DNA of 64,000 nucleotides from Lama guanicoe (taxonomy: Eukaryota), in the NCBI GenBank assembly GCA_013239625.1, contig MU053594.1, forward strand, positions 584,355 through 648,354, read 5' to 3'. The notes under the pieces were generated by a model. The model did not search any database, had not been told where the DNA came from, and saw nothing but the letters and a program-made list of their open reading frames with translations. This document shows, piece after piece, positions 35,851-48,442 of this stretch (within the stretch, counting starts at the first letter, position 1; every line of letters begins with the position of its first letter). The position numbers and the translations under genes are program-made.

Positions 35851-38824
35851 AATCTCTCATAAATGTTTGTACTTCTTTGACTAGAGAGAGAATGATTAAG
35901 GTCTTTAATTGACCCCCTTTCCTTCTGCAGTTATGCATGTTAAATTTTTCAGGTGTGGGACTTTTGATGGGGGGACCATCCCCCTGATTCAATCCCTTTG
36001 CTGAAATAGACGATGCAGCCCTATCTCCACTCCCACAAGATCGGCCTGGACTTTTCTTCTTTCTGAAACAGATTTTTGGCCTCCCTTAGGACCATCAATA
36101 TGGTTTTATGTCGACCTGGTCAAACACTAAGGCTCCTTTGGGGGCCAACCCGGTGTGTCCTTCCTACCCTCCCCTTCTGGGGGAATTATTGTCTTTCAGT
36201 ATGCATGTGCTGTGATCTGCTAACCCAGCTGCTCCTGAAATGCCAAGGAGTGATTAGTTCAGCTAAGTAGCACGCCATGTTCCCCAAGGCCGGTAGCCAC
36301 GCGTGCCCCGCTGGCAGTGACATATTGACTGTATTGATTTGATTCTTGTGCTCTGTAAAAGCTAGGAAGCTTGCAGGGGTGAATAAGGCCAGTAATGATG
36401 CTCATAGGACAATTAGTTTTCTACCTTCATCTGCAAGGTTGGATTATTTCTGTCTAGAAGGTGCAATGATGTAGGAAAATCTGAACTTGAGAGAAGACCC
36501 CTGTTCTTCCTCCTGCCAGAGGAAGCAAAGGGGTCCCCAGATCTCATTAAAAAAAAAATACGGCTTCATATGTACCTTGTATTGACCCGCTGAAGCTAGA
36601 CTGGTCTCAGGTCACTGTTCTGTGGGTAAACATGTATAAGGGGAAGAGCATAGGGAAAGAGCTGTCTCCACCCTCCTTGCAAGTGAAAGTCATATTTTGG
36701 AATGAGGTGGAAGATGATGAGACTGAGCCAATCCCCCCCTTCCAGTGACTCATATTTTCTGACCTGCCACTTTCCATTTCTCCAACCCTTGTGGTTTAAT
36801 ATGCATGAATCTCCAGCTGTGAAGGTGTTTCAGCACCTAGGAAGGAAGAGGAGAATCAAAGTGGTGGTTTTATAATGCCAGGACCTCAAGCCATATCTCC
36901 AGTATCTCCCAGAATCATGTGTGTACATGTCACAGCAACCTAAGATTTGAGGTCTTGAAAATAACTTAGGATGACTGCGCAGTCAATGCCATTTCCCCTC
37001 AGACATAGTTACCAGGACTTTAATCCTTAGACTATCTTAAATCCTTAGATTATTTGGACTTCCTTCAGAGATCGTTCTGGATGCCCCTGGCTCCAAACAC
37101 AGGATATTTTTTCTTTAGTCCAGAAATATGTTGGTCTCTCTCGTACTATTAAAGAACTGCAGAAAAGGAGTGGTGTAAGCGTTCTAGTTCCAGGGCACCA
37201 GGATTGAGCATGGCAACCAAATCTTCTCTATCCTACCAGGAGCTCTGCTTAGCAGAAGAGCATCCTGCATCTAGGAAATGCTTGGAAACCACAGGCAGCA
37301 GGAAGCTTGCTTCAGCTTCCCAGCAGGCCTCCTCCCCTGTATGTGGCCTCTCACTTAGCTGAACCCCAGGATTGTGGCTCCCACGTCTCACCCCTAATAG
37401 GGCCTTTTATGGCCCTGGGAGGACTCCAGGATTAGCTTTGGGATTAAGCTCTCCAGCTCCCTAGGATACTAAATGGAGCCACTAACGGTGTGTGAGTTTC
37501 TTATTTACCAGTTCTGAGTGGTAGACTGATATTATCTCCAGCCATTTTAATTACTCCAATAGTGTTGGAATCCAACATTAACGCATCCCTACTTCTAACC
37601 AGTCCCCATCACCAATGTAACTGAAGATTTCTTTCTTATTTTTTTTAAACAGTAGAATCATATTATCTAAATGCATAGGCTTGGAAAATAGCTTGATTAT
37701 AGTGTCAGTACATGTGGGTGGAGGAGTAAAACTACAAGATTCAGCCACTTGATTTGCTCTTGGTTTGGGTCCAGAGAAAGGAGAGAAACTTGCCTTTCTG
37801 GTCTATACATTTTTCCTGTTTTTCATCCTTTCACCTCAGTCTGATAAATGGAGTAAATCCACACGCTTGGTAGCTGGGATGCCCCTGAGAGGGTGCAGCC
37901 TCCTCTCTCCCTAAGAGACATGGGAATGTTTTCTCTGGATCAGAGGTCTCTGCTGGCTTCAGTGAACACATAGGAGCCAGAGATGACAGACTGGGGCCTG
38001 GGGACTCCCCTCTCCCCTGGCTGGGAGGCTATGTTGCTGCAGTGTCCCAAACTCAGAGAACGGGAGGGCGAGGGAGCATCTAAGAGAGTGTGGGGCAGTA
38101 TAATGGGTGTGGGAGCCAAAGAGAGTAAACTCTTGGGGGCCCTTGGAAGAGGTTGCTGTTAAACATGCATGCATAAGGCATCAGCTTAGTGCAGGTGGGC
38201 AATCTGTCATAATCTGAAGGCACCTGCAGGGATTTTTACTTTTTCCAGGAAAAGACAGGGGAATTCTTTGCTGTCTGCTGTGATGTGGAGGGAAAAGAGG
38301 GAGGACCGCTGGCTTTCCCTGGAGCCCTCTGAGTGATGTCAGCCTGTTTCCAGCAGAGGATGGCGAGTTAAGTCAGGCAGACTCAGCCCCCAGGGACCAT
38401 GTCAATAAGTTAGCAGCCAACCTGGGCTGACCTGCCTTCCAGGGCGCTGGGGCTCAGCACAGACTGGCAGCCACAGCCCCAAGGACAGTCCCCTGCAGAA
38501 GTCTGGGCACCAAAGTGAGTCCTGGGGCTTGTCCCTTTGCCACTGAACTCCTTCAGAATGTGCCTGCCCTTCTCATTTCTACACCCGCCTTGTTGTTATT
38601 GTTTGGATTCTAAGTGGCCCAGCAGGAGAAAGGCATTAGAAATGAAATTATTTTTGTTACACGCTGTATAATTGCCTCCTCTCCTTTCTGTTACCCCAGG
38701 CAGCAACATCACTAGCAATTCGCCGGGAACCCTTGGTCTGGGAAAGTGGCTTACTCATAGGCTTCCTTAGAAGGGCTGCTTTTGACAAGTGGCCCTGCTC
38801 ACCAGTCCCTCCATCACTGATCTA

Positions 38825-39075
38825 ATCATCATAACAGCCAACATTTATTGTTCATTTGCTATGTGCAGGGTACTGTGTTGAGCACTTGACGTGTGTTTTT
38901 TATTTCAACTCTTGATCCTGCAACAAACGCTATGAAACAGGCACTATTATCATCCCCATTTACAGAGGAAGAAGTGTGGGCTTAGAGAGGTAAGTGGCTT
39001 GCACAGGGTCACAAGGCTAATATGCAGGGTGACGATTCAGAGCCAAACTATCTGACGCTAAAGCCATACTTCTCT
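38825..39075 (-). mobile_element. MIR SINE, near full length
   Basis: aacatttattg…tattatcatccccatttacagaggaagaag…gggtcacaaggctaa. Confidence 0.85.
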
Positions 39076-39984
39076 CTGACCTATGTAAGTGGCATACGAA
39101 TAAAAAAGGGATGACAATAAGGGATAAAAAAGCACTTTCTTTGGTAAACTGAAGTGCTAGGGAGCTTTGCATATGATACCAGGAAAGGAGGAGATAGCAG
39201 AGGGAAGAGAAAGGATGAAATAGCTTCTTGGGATTCTTAAAGTTGAGGACCAGCTAAGAAGTAGTTTTGAACCTTGATCTGGGAGTCTTTGGATGAAATG
39301 CACTGTGCATGAACTGCAGTAAGCCATGGGTGCAGAGGGAAGGGGGAGGCAGGAGCAGAAGGAGGTAAGGTCAACCAAGCCTTCTAGCTTGAGGGGAGGG
39401 GCAGGAGAAGTGGTGTGGGCTGATAACAGGTAGCTTTCCTGAAAAACTCTGAAACTGTGATTACATCACCTCCTGTCTCACACCTTCTTGAGGTGAACTG
39501 AACTGTCCAAAAGATGAAACCCAAGGCTTCTCCCAACCTTTGGGCCTCTGATGTTGCTTTCTTAGTCCCACAGGATGAAAACTTGTCACATCTCCAAGAC
39601 TAAGCTTCTTGATTTTGCAGAGAGTGGAGGGGTGGATGGCCTGGGACCCTGCACAGACACAGGAGCAAGTCACAAGAGCTACCTCTGAGGACAGTGCTTT
39701 TCTGGTGGACAGAGGCAGTAGAGGCCAGGGTGGCTGTAAGCCAGGTACTTGACCTGAGCATCAGTTTCTTCAGGAACAAAATTTAGGAACTGTTTATATG
39801 CTGCCTACTAGATTGGAATTCTTAGGATTCAACAGTACTGAAGGCTCCACGGAAATGATAAGATAATGGTGTTCACCTTATCATGAGCTAAAAGACTTCA
39901 AGCCTGTGTCATTGAACCTCACCATGAATTCTATAATTGATATTTACCAGCATTTGGTCCCTTATTTAAATCCCTTAAAAACAA

Positions 39985-40245
39985 TACAGGATGGTAGTTA
40001 AGGCTGTAGGTTCTGGGGTTAGACTCCAGCATTTGAACCCTGACTATAATACTTACTAGCTATGTTACCTTAAGCAAGTGGTTAACCTCTGCCATCTTTG
40101 GTTTCTCATCTATCAGTGGGGATACTAATACTGACTTCACTGGGTTGTAGTGATTAATCAAGGCATTTAGATGTAAGACATTTGAGAGTCCCTGTAAGAA
40201 GGAAGCACCCCATAAATGGTAACTACAATGACTGTTATTGTTATC
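39985..40245 (+). mobile_element. MIR SINE, near full length
   Basis: ggtagttaagg…acttactagctatgttaccttaagcaagtggttaacctct…tttctcatctat. Confidence 0.85.
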
Positions 40246-41422
40246 ATTAAGAAATTTGAGGGGGAACATTTTCAGCTGTTTTCCTTTTGCACAAATTCAG
40301 CACCCAATTTTACATCTCTGAAATTAAGCCTGTTTCTAAAACTTTCACAAAATTCATGCTTACATTTCTTTCTTCCACTCTCCATTTATCTGCACCACAA
40401 TTCTTTGGCACTCACTCACCTGTCAGAAGCTCTTACTCATCTTGAGCAAGAGGGGTTCACGTTGCTTGTCATCTTGTTGAATTACGTTCCGCTGAACTCC
40501 TATCTTACCACGCACAAGCCAGGAAGAGGCATTGGTCTTCATGGTGATGGTTCTGGACAGCCTCAGTTTTCCTCCTGGCCTCCTAGGTTCTTCATCTGCC
40601 TTCTCGTGATTGGAGCCTCCTTGACTGTCATTGTCACGTGGTGTGGTGTACTCTGGCACAGACCACTTTCTACGAAAAATGAAAAATAAGGGGGACATAC
40701 CGGTGCCCAAGGACAAGGAGGCTTTTCTTTTTCTCCCCCAGGTTGAGAGGGCTAAAGAACTTCACTCTGAGAAGATTCCCCAAAGCTGGCCATGCTCTCC
40801 ATCTTTTGGAGTCATTATTGGCAGGAGAAAATGCTACCCATTTTTTGGATGAAGTACGGTCCTGCCTGAGAAAGGAGGATGGAACACAATGGCTTCAGCC
40901 TTAAGACTCTCCAATGCTGAAAGTGACTCCCTCTTTCTGGCTTTTTTCCTTTTCTTATGAATCCTTCCTTGGGAAAGACTCTCCTAATTGACATATGTCA
41001 ATTGAATTGACTTCTGGCCAATCAAAAAGGTTTACTGTATAGCGATGGTAGGAGATTTCTGAGGGCATGCTGGTGTTCTGTTCCCTGGTCATCTTCCTCA
41101 GGTCATGCCGTCACTCCCTTCTTGGACTGTGAACTTCCTCTGCTCTTTCATTCATTAATGGCAGCATCAACAAGAGAAATGTATTGACAAGCAGAAACCA
41201 GCATCCAGGGTCCCACGTGAAAGAGGCTGGGCCCCCTAAAATGGATCCATGTTTCCATCCACATCTTTCCTTAAACAATGTGTAGAGCTGAAGACCTGGA
41301 GTGGTTCTGGATGACTCATGGCACAAAGTCTGCTCTTTGATCAGTCTTCTCTGGTGAGCTGAAGGGAGGTGGTGGAAGGTGATGATGGCTCACACCTTCC
41401 GGATCCTTCCTTAGCTTCAATT

Positions 41423-41917
41423 TGTGGTAACCAGCCTCCAAGATGGCCCTCAATCCTCCCTGCCTCCTGACACTCATGTTCTTGCATAATCTTCTCCTAC
41501 ATTAAGTAGGGCAGACTTGTGAGCCAATAGAATCACATGTAAATGACAGACTGTGATTTTTGAGGATTGATCATAAAAGATAGCATCACTTTCACCTCAT
41601 TTTTTTAGATCACTTATTCTGGGGAAATCCAGCTGCCGTGTCATCAGGACACTCAAGCAGCCCTTTGGAAAGGTCTGTATGGCAAGGAACTGAGGCCTCC
41701 TGCCAACAGCCATGTGAATTTACCATCTAGGAGGCAGATCTTTCTTCCTGCCACTGCCAAGGTCTTACCTGCAACATTTGGAGAGAACCTGAGGCAGAAC
41801 CACTCAACTGAGCTGCCTGAATTACTGACCCAGAGAAGCCATGAGAAAATAAAATTTCTGTTGTTTTAAGTTGCTAGGGTTTGGAGTGATTTACTATATG
41901 TAGTAGAAACTAATGCA
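41423..41917 (+). mobile_element. MLT1E/F-like MaLR solo LTR
   Basis: tgtggtaaccagcctccaagatggccc…ggaactgaggcctcctgccaacagccatgtga…gttgttttaagttgctagggtttggagtgattt. Confidence 0.88.
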
Positions 41918-42554
41918 CACTCTGAAATTATTCTCCATGAAATTATTCAAGCTTTTCTTCTATAATGACATGGCATCTCTTCATTATCCATGTATAAAAA
42001 TGGGTTCCTCTTACTAGACTAAAACTGCCTCTGAGTTTTAAGGAGTACTCTCTGGTTTTGTTATTTTGAGGTTTGAAAGCGCTCATGTTGCACACCTTAT
42101 GGTCCTGAACCTCTCAGCCATCATCTTTCCAGACCAGGCTGCTGATTTCTGCACTGTACTCAGTCTTGCCTGAATGTCTTCTGAGGGAGAGTGATTGAAT
42201 AGTTGGAGCCTACTTCAATCAGATGCACACATGGAGAAGAAGGTGCTGGGTAAGCTGTCAGAGAAGCACATACAGATGTGTTGGTCCAGGTCAGCCTGGG
42301 GACCTGAAGACACACAGGATAGAACAGTTGTTGGGGCAGCCTTTGGGGCTCTGGGTGTTTTGTTTTGAAGCTGGAATTTAGAGTTTGGGGAACTGGGCTG
42401 AGCCTTAGTTTAAAACGCATGGATAAACATCATTTACCTGAGACCCTTCAAAAGCAATAACTGTTTGAACCTATCTTTCCTAAAATCACTTCTAAAAAAT
42501 GGGATACTCACTCCCTGTGCATCTAACTATTCAGGATAACTTTGTTAAGTGATT

Positions 42555-42800
42555 CAGAGGCTGAACTTGGAAGCCAGACTGATGCAGGCTCAGACCTGTG
42601 TTCTGCCAGTAACCAGCTATGTGACCTCAATCACATTACTATAACTCCTTTGAAATTCAGGGTTTTTCCTCCATAAGATAGATGACTGTGGCATGCGGTT
42701 CACAAGGCTATGTGAGAGGTGAATGAGTCATGCTTATAAAGTGCTTAGGCTGGTACCTGACACATGGTAAACTCTCAGTAAACATTCACTGTTATTGTTC
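42555..42800 (+). mobile_element. MIR SINE
   Basis: accagctatgtgacct…ataaagtgcttaggctggtacctgacacatggtaaactctcagtaaa. Confidence 0.75.
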
Positions 42801-44006
42801 TTATCAGAATTATTAAGAGGCATTGAAATGTCCACAGGATCCTTCCCAATCTGTGCTCCAAATTTGATCTTCTCTCTTCTGGAGGGAAGAAGGACATCAC
42901 TGCGGATGAGGAAATTAGACAAAGTGGGACTTGACTCATAGAAAGTTATCGCTGGAAGGACCCAATGTCACACAGCAAGAGAGCCTGGCAGAGCAGGACT
43001 AGAACTCACTTCTGCCTGGGGCTCATTCTGCCACACCTTGTTGTCACCAGCCTCAGGTTAGAGCATGGTGTATTCAAGGAACTCAAAGAAACTAAGGGCT
43101 GAAGAGTGGAGTTTGAGCTGGGGACAGCCCAAGTTGAGGCCAGAGACTTAGGGAGGGTTCTGACTATCAACCCTGAGGCTTTTGTGAAGGAGACTGGACT
43201 CCATCCTGAGGACAAGAAGAAGCCATTTTGAAGGGTTGGGTTTTAGGCAGTAGCATAGCTCAATTAAAGAAAAAAGTCACATCAGCTGCCCTGTGGGAGA
43301 TCTTATACCAAGGAAGGAAGACTGGGAGCAGAGCAGGGAGGAGGGTTTCTGGGTCCAGGACATTCATGCTGGAGGCCTTGGACCGTGGAAAGACAGAAAG
43401 AAGGAAAGACGGAAAGATGGAAAGACATGGGTGATTTGAAAAGTTACTTAAAATTCAACAGAAATTGGCGATTAATGGGCTATGGAGGATGCAGCCAAGG
43501 GAGAAGCCAAGGATGATTTAAGGACAATGAAGCAAGGGACTCAAGGCTATTGGTAAAAGTGTCCAAATGTTGGGCCAGAAATCTGATCCAGGTAGAAAGG
43601 AAAGCAGAGACAGATTGTGGATACTTGGGGGAATTAGAGTCAGTAGACTGAAGGTGTGGATGAGGTCAGAGAACCGGTATGCTTGGAGTAACTGAGCTCT
43701 TGACCTGGGACGCAGAGGCAGTGTGGTCACAGGGTCAGATAACTACACTTCCACTTTCAGAGAGGCACAGTCCTGGGAGATGACAAGGTCCAGGATGCAG
43801 ACATGGGAGGGAGCAGGGGAATTGAAATAGAGGGCATATTTGGAGATGAAGGGGTCGAGGAGATAAGCGGCCAAGCCATTTGAAACTGATCCCACTCAAG
43901 TCAATGGCAGGACTTGGACTGGAGTGGAAGACAGTGAGCTAGGTGCCAAAGTCTTCAGTTAAGTAGGGGGAAGTAGGGAAAGTGACTGGGAATCTATGGA
44001 TGACCC

Positions 44007-44467
44007 TGAGACAGGAGGGGGGGGGGACAGGGCACGACCACTGAAGGAATGTCACAGCAACTGAGGATAGGACAAACTGGTTAGAACCAAGATGGCAGAA
44101 GATTCGACTTCCAGTAGACCCTGAGCTCCGTGGCACACCCGCAGGCTCTGCCATGACAGTTTCTACGCTGACCATAAAAGGTCAAAAAGTAGACAGCGGG
44201 GAGCCTAATTCCTGGAAATCCCTACCCCTTCCCCAGAATAGTTGGAATAACCCTCCTACTTGTTAGCATATGAAATTACTGTGCCCATAAAAGCTAAGAA
44301 CCCCGCACCTCGTGGTCACTCTCTTGCCTTCTGAGACGGCCTGCACTCTTGTCTACGGAGAGCGTATCTACTTTCACCTTAAACTAAACAGTCCCACACC
44401 TCTCAGTCTCTCTCCCTCTCACCTTGTGAGATGACCTGCATTCTGCCGAGGGCCTGTGTATCTCCCT
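44007..44467 (+). mobile_element. MER41-like ERV1 LTR, 3'-truncated (copy 1)
   Basis: TGAGACAGG start; aactggttagaaccaagatggc, gccatgacagtt, ccataaaaggtcaaaaa, ttagcatatgaaattac. Aligns by eye with the reverse complement of 50109-50835. Confidence 0.8.
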
Positions 44468-45210
44468 GGTAGCCGGAGACGGTGCTCACCGCACTGCTTG
44501 GCCTCAGGTGGCTGCACCAAAAGTTTCCTCGATGTAACCAGTCCCAAAAATCATTCCTTTGTCCGTTCCTCCCATTTCCAGGTCCAAAATTGCTGATTTG
44601 GTGACTCCTCTCACTCAGCTCTACTCTGTTGCTTGGAAAAAACAGATAAGTGAAATGTAAATTAGGACCAAGTTGGTACTTAGGTATTTTGAGGGGCTTA
44701 CAGCTTAGAGTGACAGGCATGTGGAGCCATTGAAGTTCCCATTTTCTCACAAAGGAGCAGATTGTAGGCAAGTTGGTGCTGCTCAGTATATTCAGGGGCA
44801 TGCAAAAGCCCTTTGAATGCTATGTTACTGTCATTCACAATAATTCACATAATAAGGTGTGCTGATTATTTCTCTGTCATCAGTCAGATCTTAGTTTTGG
44901 GCAACAGAGAGGGGACAGGAGAAGGAGGAGTTCCCATGCCCTACACCAAGCACAGGCTTGCCGGTTGTTAGGCTGTCAATAAACGATTGCTGTATGAATG
45001 AATGAGTGAACGAATGAATACCGTTCTCTTGCAGAGCAAGCTGAGATTTGCTCAAAAGTTAATATACCACATGCTAAAGGAACTGGATTCCACCATCCTG
45101 AAGGGACTGGATAAAACCCAGGCAACGAGCCCAGAGAAACCAGACGTCTACTGCTTTCCTTTTTAAGCATTTTTACTTGGCTCCGAAATGTGATAAGAAA
45201 AGCACATGGA

Positions 45211-45389
45211 AGCAGGGGAGGGTATAGCTCAAGTGGTAGAGCACACACTTGGCATGCACGAGGTCTTGGGTTCAATCCCCAGTGCCTCCATTAAATAAAC
45301 AAACAAACTAACAAACAAACCTCCCCCAAAACAAAAAAAAAAAAAAAGAAAGAAAAGAAAGAAAGAAAGGAAAATAAAAGAGCAAGAAA
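45211..45389 (+). mobile_element. Camelid Vic-1-type tRNA(Ala)-derived SINE with 16-bp TSD
   Basis: GGGGAGGGTATAGCTCAAGTGGTAGAGC (A box)…GGTTCAATCCC (B box 45269-45279)…CCTCCA, then an A-rich tail. Perfect TSD AAGAAAAGCACATGGA at 45195-45210 and 45390-45405. Confidence 0.9.
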
Positions 45390-45449
45390 AAGAAAAGCAC
45401 ATGGAGAAAGACGGCTGCAAACCCATGTGGGTTCCTGAGCCCTGGGGTT

Positions 45450-45804
45450 CAAGAAGCATGAAATGAAGGTGCCAAGGTGCCACAGGGCTGTGCTCCCTCT
45501 GAAGGCTCTGGGCACTTCCTTGCCTCTTCCAGCTTCTTAATGCTCCTGGCTTCCTTGGCTTGTGGCAGCATCACTCCAGTCTCTGCCCCCATCTTCACAT
45601 CATCTTTGTCTCCCGTGTGCCTCTCTGTCTTCTCTTACAAGGATGGATACCAGCTATTGGATTTAGGGCCTACCCTAATGCAAAAATGCCATTCTATCTA
45701 GATCCTTAACTAATTACCTTTGCAAAGATCCTATTTCCCAATAAGGTCAGATTCTGAGGTTCAGGGGGGACATGAATTTGGGGGACACTGTTCAACTCAC
45801 TGCA
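45450..45804 (-). mobile_element. MLT1B/C-like MaLR LTR
   Basis: ctccctctgaaggctct…ccttggcttgtggcagcatcactccagtctctgcc…gcaaagatcctatttcccaataaggtcagattctgaggtt. Confidence 0.85.
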
Positions 45805-47496
45805 AGGAGCTTCCTGCCTCTCTGGTTCCTGGTCCCTAGAGAGATGTCCTTTGCCTTTTCTGGGGCAGGACCATTTCCCTTCCAGACACCTGTTCTTGGA
45901 ACAGCTCCCTGCTTATCTAATTGAAGCTTCATCTCCTGAATTAGAAAGCAAATAAGGACAAGAAAGAAAGCAATTAGTAAGACTCGGAGTTCAGGATTAA
46001 AAGGGATTCACTGACATGCTGCTGGCTCAGTGGTTAGGAGAAGGGCTAGGACCACAGACAGAGGCTTGCAGACTCACTTTGCATTACAAACCGTAGCCCC
46101 CGAGGGAATGTCATCATTAAGTGTGTCCAGCTGGCCGGTCCTCAAGGACCTAGGAGATGCTGACGGTGCTAGGGAGCTTTCTGGGCCGTGGCAAGGGTTA
46201 CATGCCCGCAAGTAAGGAACTCACAGCCTTGCTGATCCACCTTCCTGGGGTCCTGCCTTAGAAGCCAGCGTGGCAACAATTGGAGCTGCCTATAGCGTTT
46301 CCCAGTGGGGCTGGGCCCTCCAACTTGCCCTCCTGTGCTTTCCAATCTGGATGCTTGTCTCTAATGATCTGGTCCATAGTAGATGCTCAGTAATGCCTTG
46401 TTAAGTGATTTGAGTGAGTCTGGAGAGAAAAGCGAATCCCCTCACTGTGACAGGTGTGTAGGGGGGTGGGGGAGGAGGTGGGTGGGATGGGATTTATCAG
46501 CGAAGGAGGTGCTCTCAGCCCAGCGCTGGGACTTGAGTCCTTAAAGGCTCAATTTGAGGCCTGGCTTGGGACCTGCACCAGCTCCCCGAACACCCAGAAT
46601 GCCAGGGCCTCCTAGCTTCTCTGGCTTCCTGAGCAGTTACTTGCCCTTCGCAGCAACTCCTAACTCTGTCTCCATGGTAATATCATAGCCCCAGGAGTCC
46701 CTGATCCTTGTAGAGGGGAGAGGAGGCAAAGGGCAAGGGCAGGAGAACATGTGGCCAGCAGTGTCCACGTGCTTCTTCTGAGCAGCGAGGCTCCAACCGG
46801 CGAGGGAGGGGGCCCCCGTCAAGGCTGGCAACGAGGAGGGGCTGGGGCTGAGGGCCCCAAGGCCACACCCTTGGACATTCTTTTGTCCAGAAAAGGAGCC
46901 AGGAGCTCTTGAGCAGCAGGTGGACTCTGTCCTTAGGGGCTTTTGGAGGCTGGTGGCTCAGGGATCTCCTTACATCCCCATAGTCCTCTCCTTCCTGTCC
47001 TGCTCTGTCCCTGTTTCATCAGACAGTGGACTTCTCTCCTCCCATCAAGAGTCTGCCTGTGGCAGCTCACAAGCTCTGGGGGACCAAGGGAGGCCTGGGG
47101 AAGGGGTGGTCGGGGCCCCAGTGCCAGCTGGGTGAGTACAGGGTCCTCAGCCAACAGCACTGGCTGCTTGTGCCCTGAGAGCAGCTGGATAAACTGTGAT
47201 GATGGTTAAAATGAGCAAGCTGTCTGAAGGCAGCTGTCTTGATGGTGCCTCTAAGCACATCCTCTGAGTGTCATTCTACCAGGAAAACCTAATAGAATAG
47301 ACCCAAAAAGCAAAGGAATAAAAGGCAGAGCGGAATCCAGTCTATTCCTGCCCGATCACGGCGCTGCTCGTCGGAGCCTGCTACCCAGTTTCTTGGCGAT
47401 CTGACCTGGCAATCTGCTAATTTGCTGGGCTTTCTATTTATGCATCCAAGACCTACATGGGCCTTTCTGGGGTCTAGAGAGTCAGGAGTCTTAGTC

Positions 47497-47871
47497 TAGT
47501 CTCAGAAAAAATTATTCTGACATTTGTTAAAATGGTAAAGAAGGCTTGATTCAGGACTGCGGTCATAGGTGTCGAGACTGTCCCAGGAGGAGAGAAAGGG
47601 GTCCACCCCAACTCCAAATGTATGAAGACGACTGAGGGTTTACAACCAATGAGCAGAATGGGGGAAGCGGATGGAAGATTACTAAGGGGAGACATCAGGG
47701 TAGGGGGATTCTTGCTGAAGGCAGGCCAGTGTGATCAGGCATCAGGATGGGGAATTCACTCTAAACTGAGAGCAGGATTCTTACTAAAGGGGGCTGGGCC
47801 AAGACAGGACTCAAGGACAATGTCTAGTTCAGAAAAGTTCTTAGAGGGGCCTAACCAAAGTTTGGTCAACC
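47497..47871 (-). mobile_element. MER90/MER110-like ERV1 LTR
   Basis: gaaaaaattattctgacatttgttaaaatggtaa…gcaggattcttactaaa…ctaaccaaagtttggtcaac. Confidence 0.6.
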
Positions 47872-48149
47872 CTCATCATGTGGCCTAGGGATGTTTAACC
47901 TTCCTGGTCCTCTGATTTCCTATTTCTAAAATGATGGGGTTGGATTGGAGGAAGCCCCCTCCAGTGTAAAGAGACCATGACCACCAACAGCTGCTCTAAT
48001 TCTGCTTCCTTTCACCCAGAACTGCATTTGAGAGTCACAAACATTACTTTGAATCACGTCTACTATTTAGGTGTTAATTTTACAATCAGATGCTTCCTTA
48101 TCTAGAGTAGTATTCGATTTATACAAGCAAATAATATCTACCAATTTAA

Positions 48150-48350
48150 AATTCTGACTATACCATGTGCCCTATATGTGTCATCTTTAAACCTTGTGAT
48201 AGCCATAAAAGATAGAGTTATTATCCCCATTTTACAGGTGAGAAAACTGAGGCTCAGAGATATTAAGTAAATGGACTCACAGCCACACAGTGGGTAGGAG
48301 CTGAAGCTAGTATTGAGCCCAAGTCTGTCTGGTATAGCTGCCCCCATGCT
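48150..48350 (-). mobile_element. MIR SINE
   Basis: ttatccccattttacaggtgagaaaactgaggctcagagatattaagtaa. Confidence 0.85.
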
Positions 48351-48383
48351 GCCCCTGGGCCACATTAAGTTCTCCCACAAGCT

Positions 48384-48442
48384 AAGGTTATCTTCACAGC
48401 CATTACAGTACAAGGTTATCCTCACATCCATTACAGTACAAG
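48384..48442. repeat. 28-bp tandem duplication (2 copies, 2 mismatches)
   Basis: AAGGTTATCTTCACAGCCATTACAGTAC / AAGGTTATCCTCACATCCATTACAGTAC. Confidence 0.9.

Noticed and set aside
38670..38705. Polypyrimidine tract plus CAG resembling a 3' splice site of a cryptic exon
   Set aside because: No convincing downstream donor and no transcript evidence.
45215..45290. Possible tRNA-Ala gene
   Set aside because: A-rich tail and 16-bp TSD show it is a retroposed SINE.
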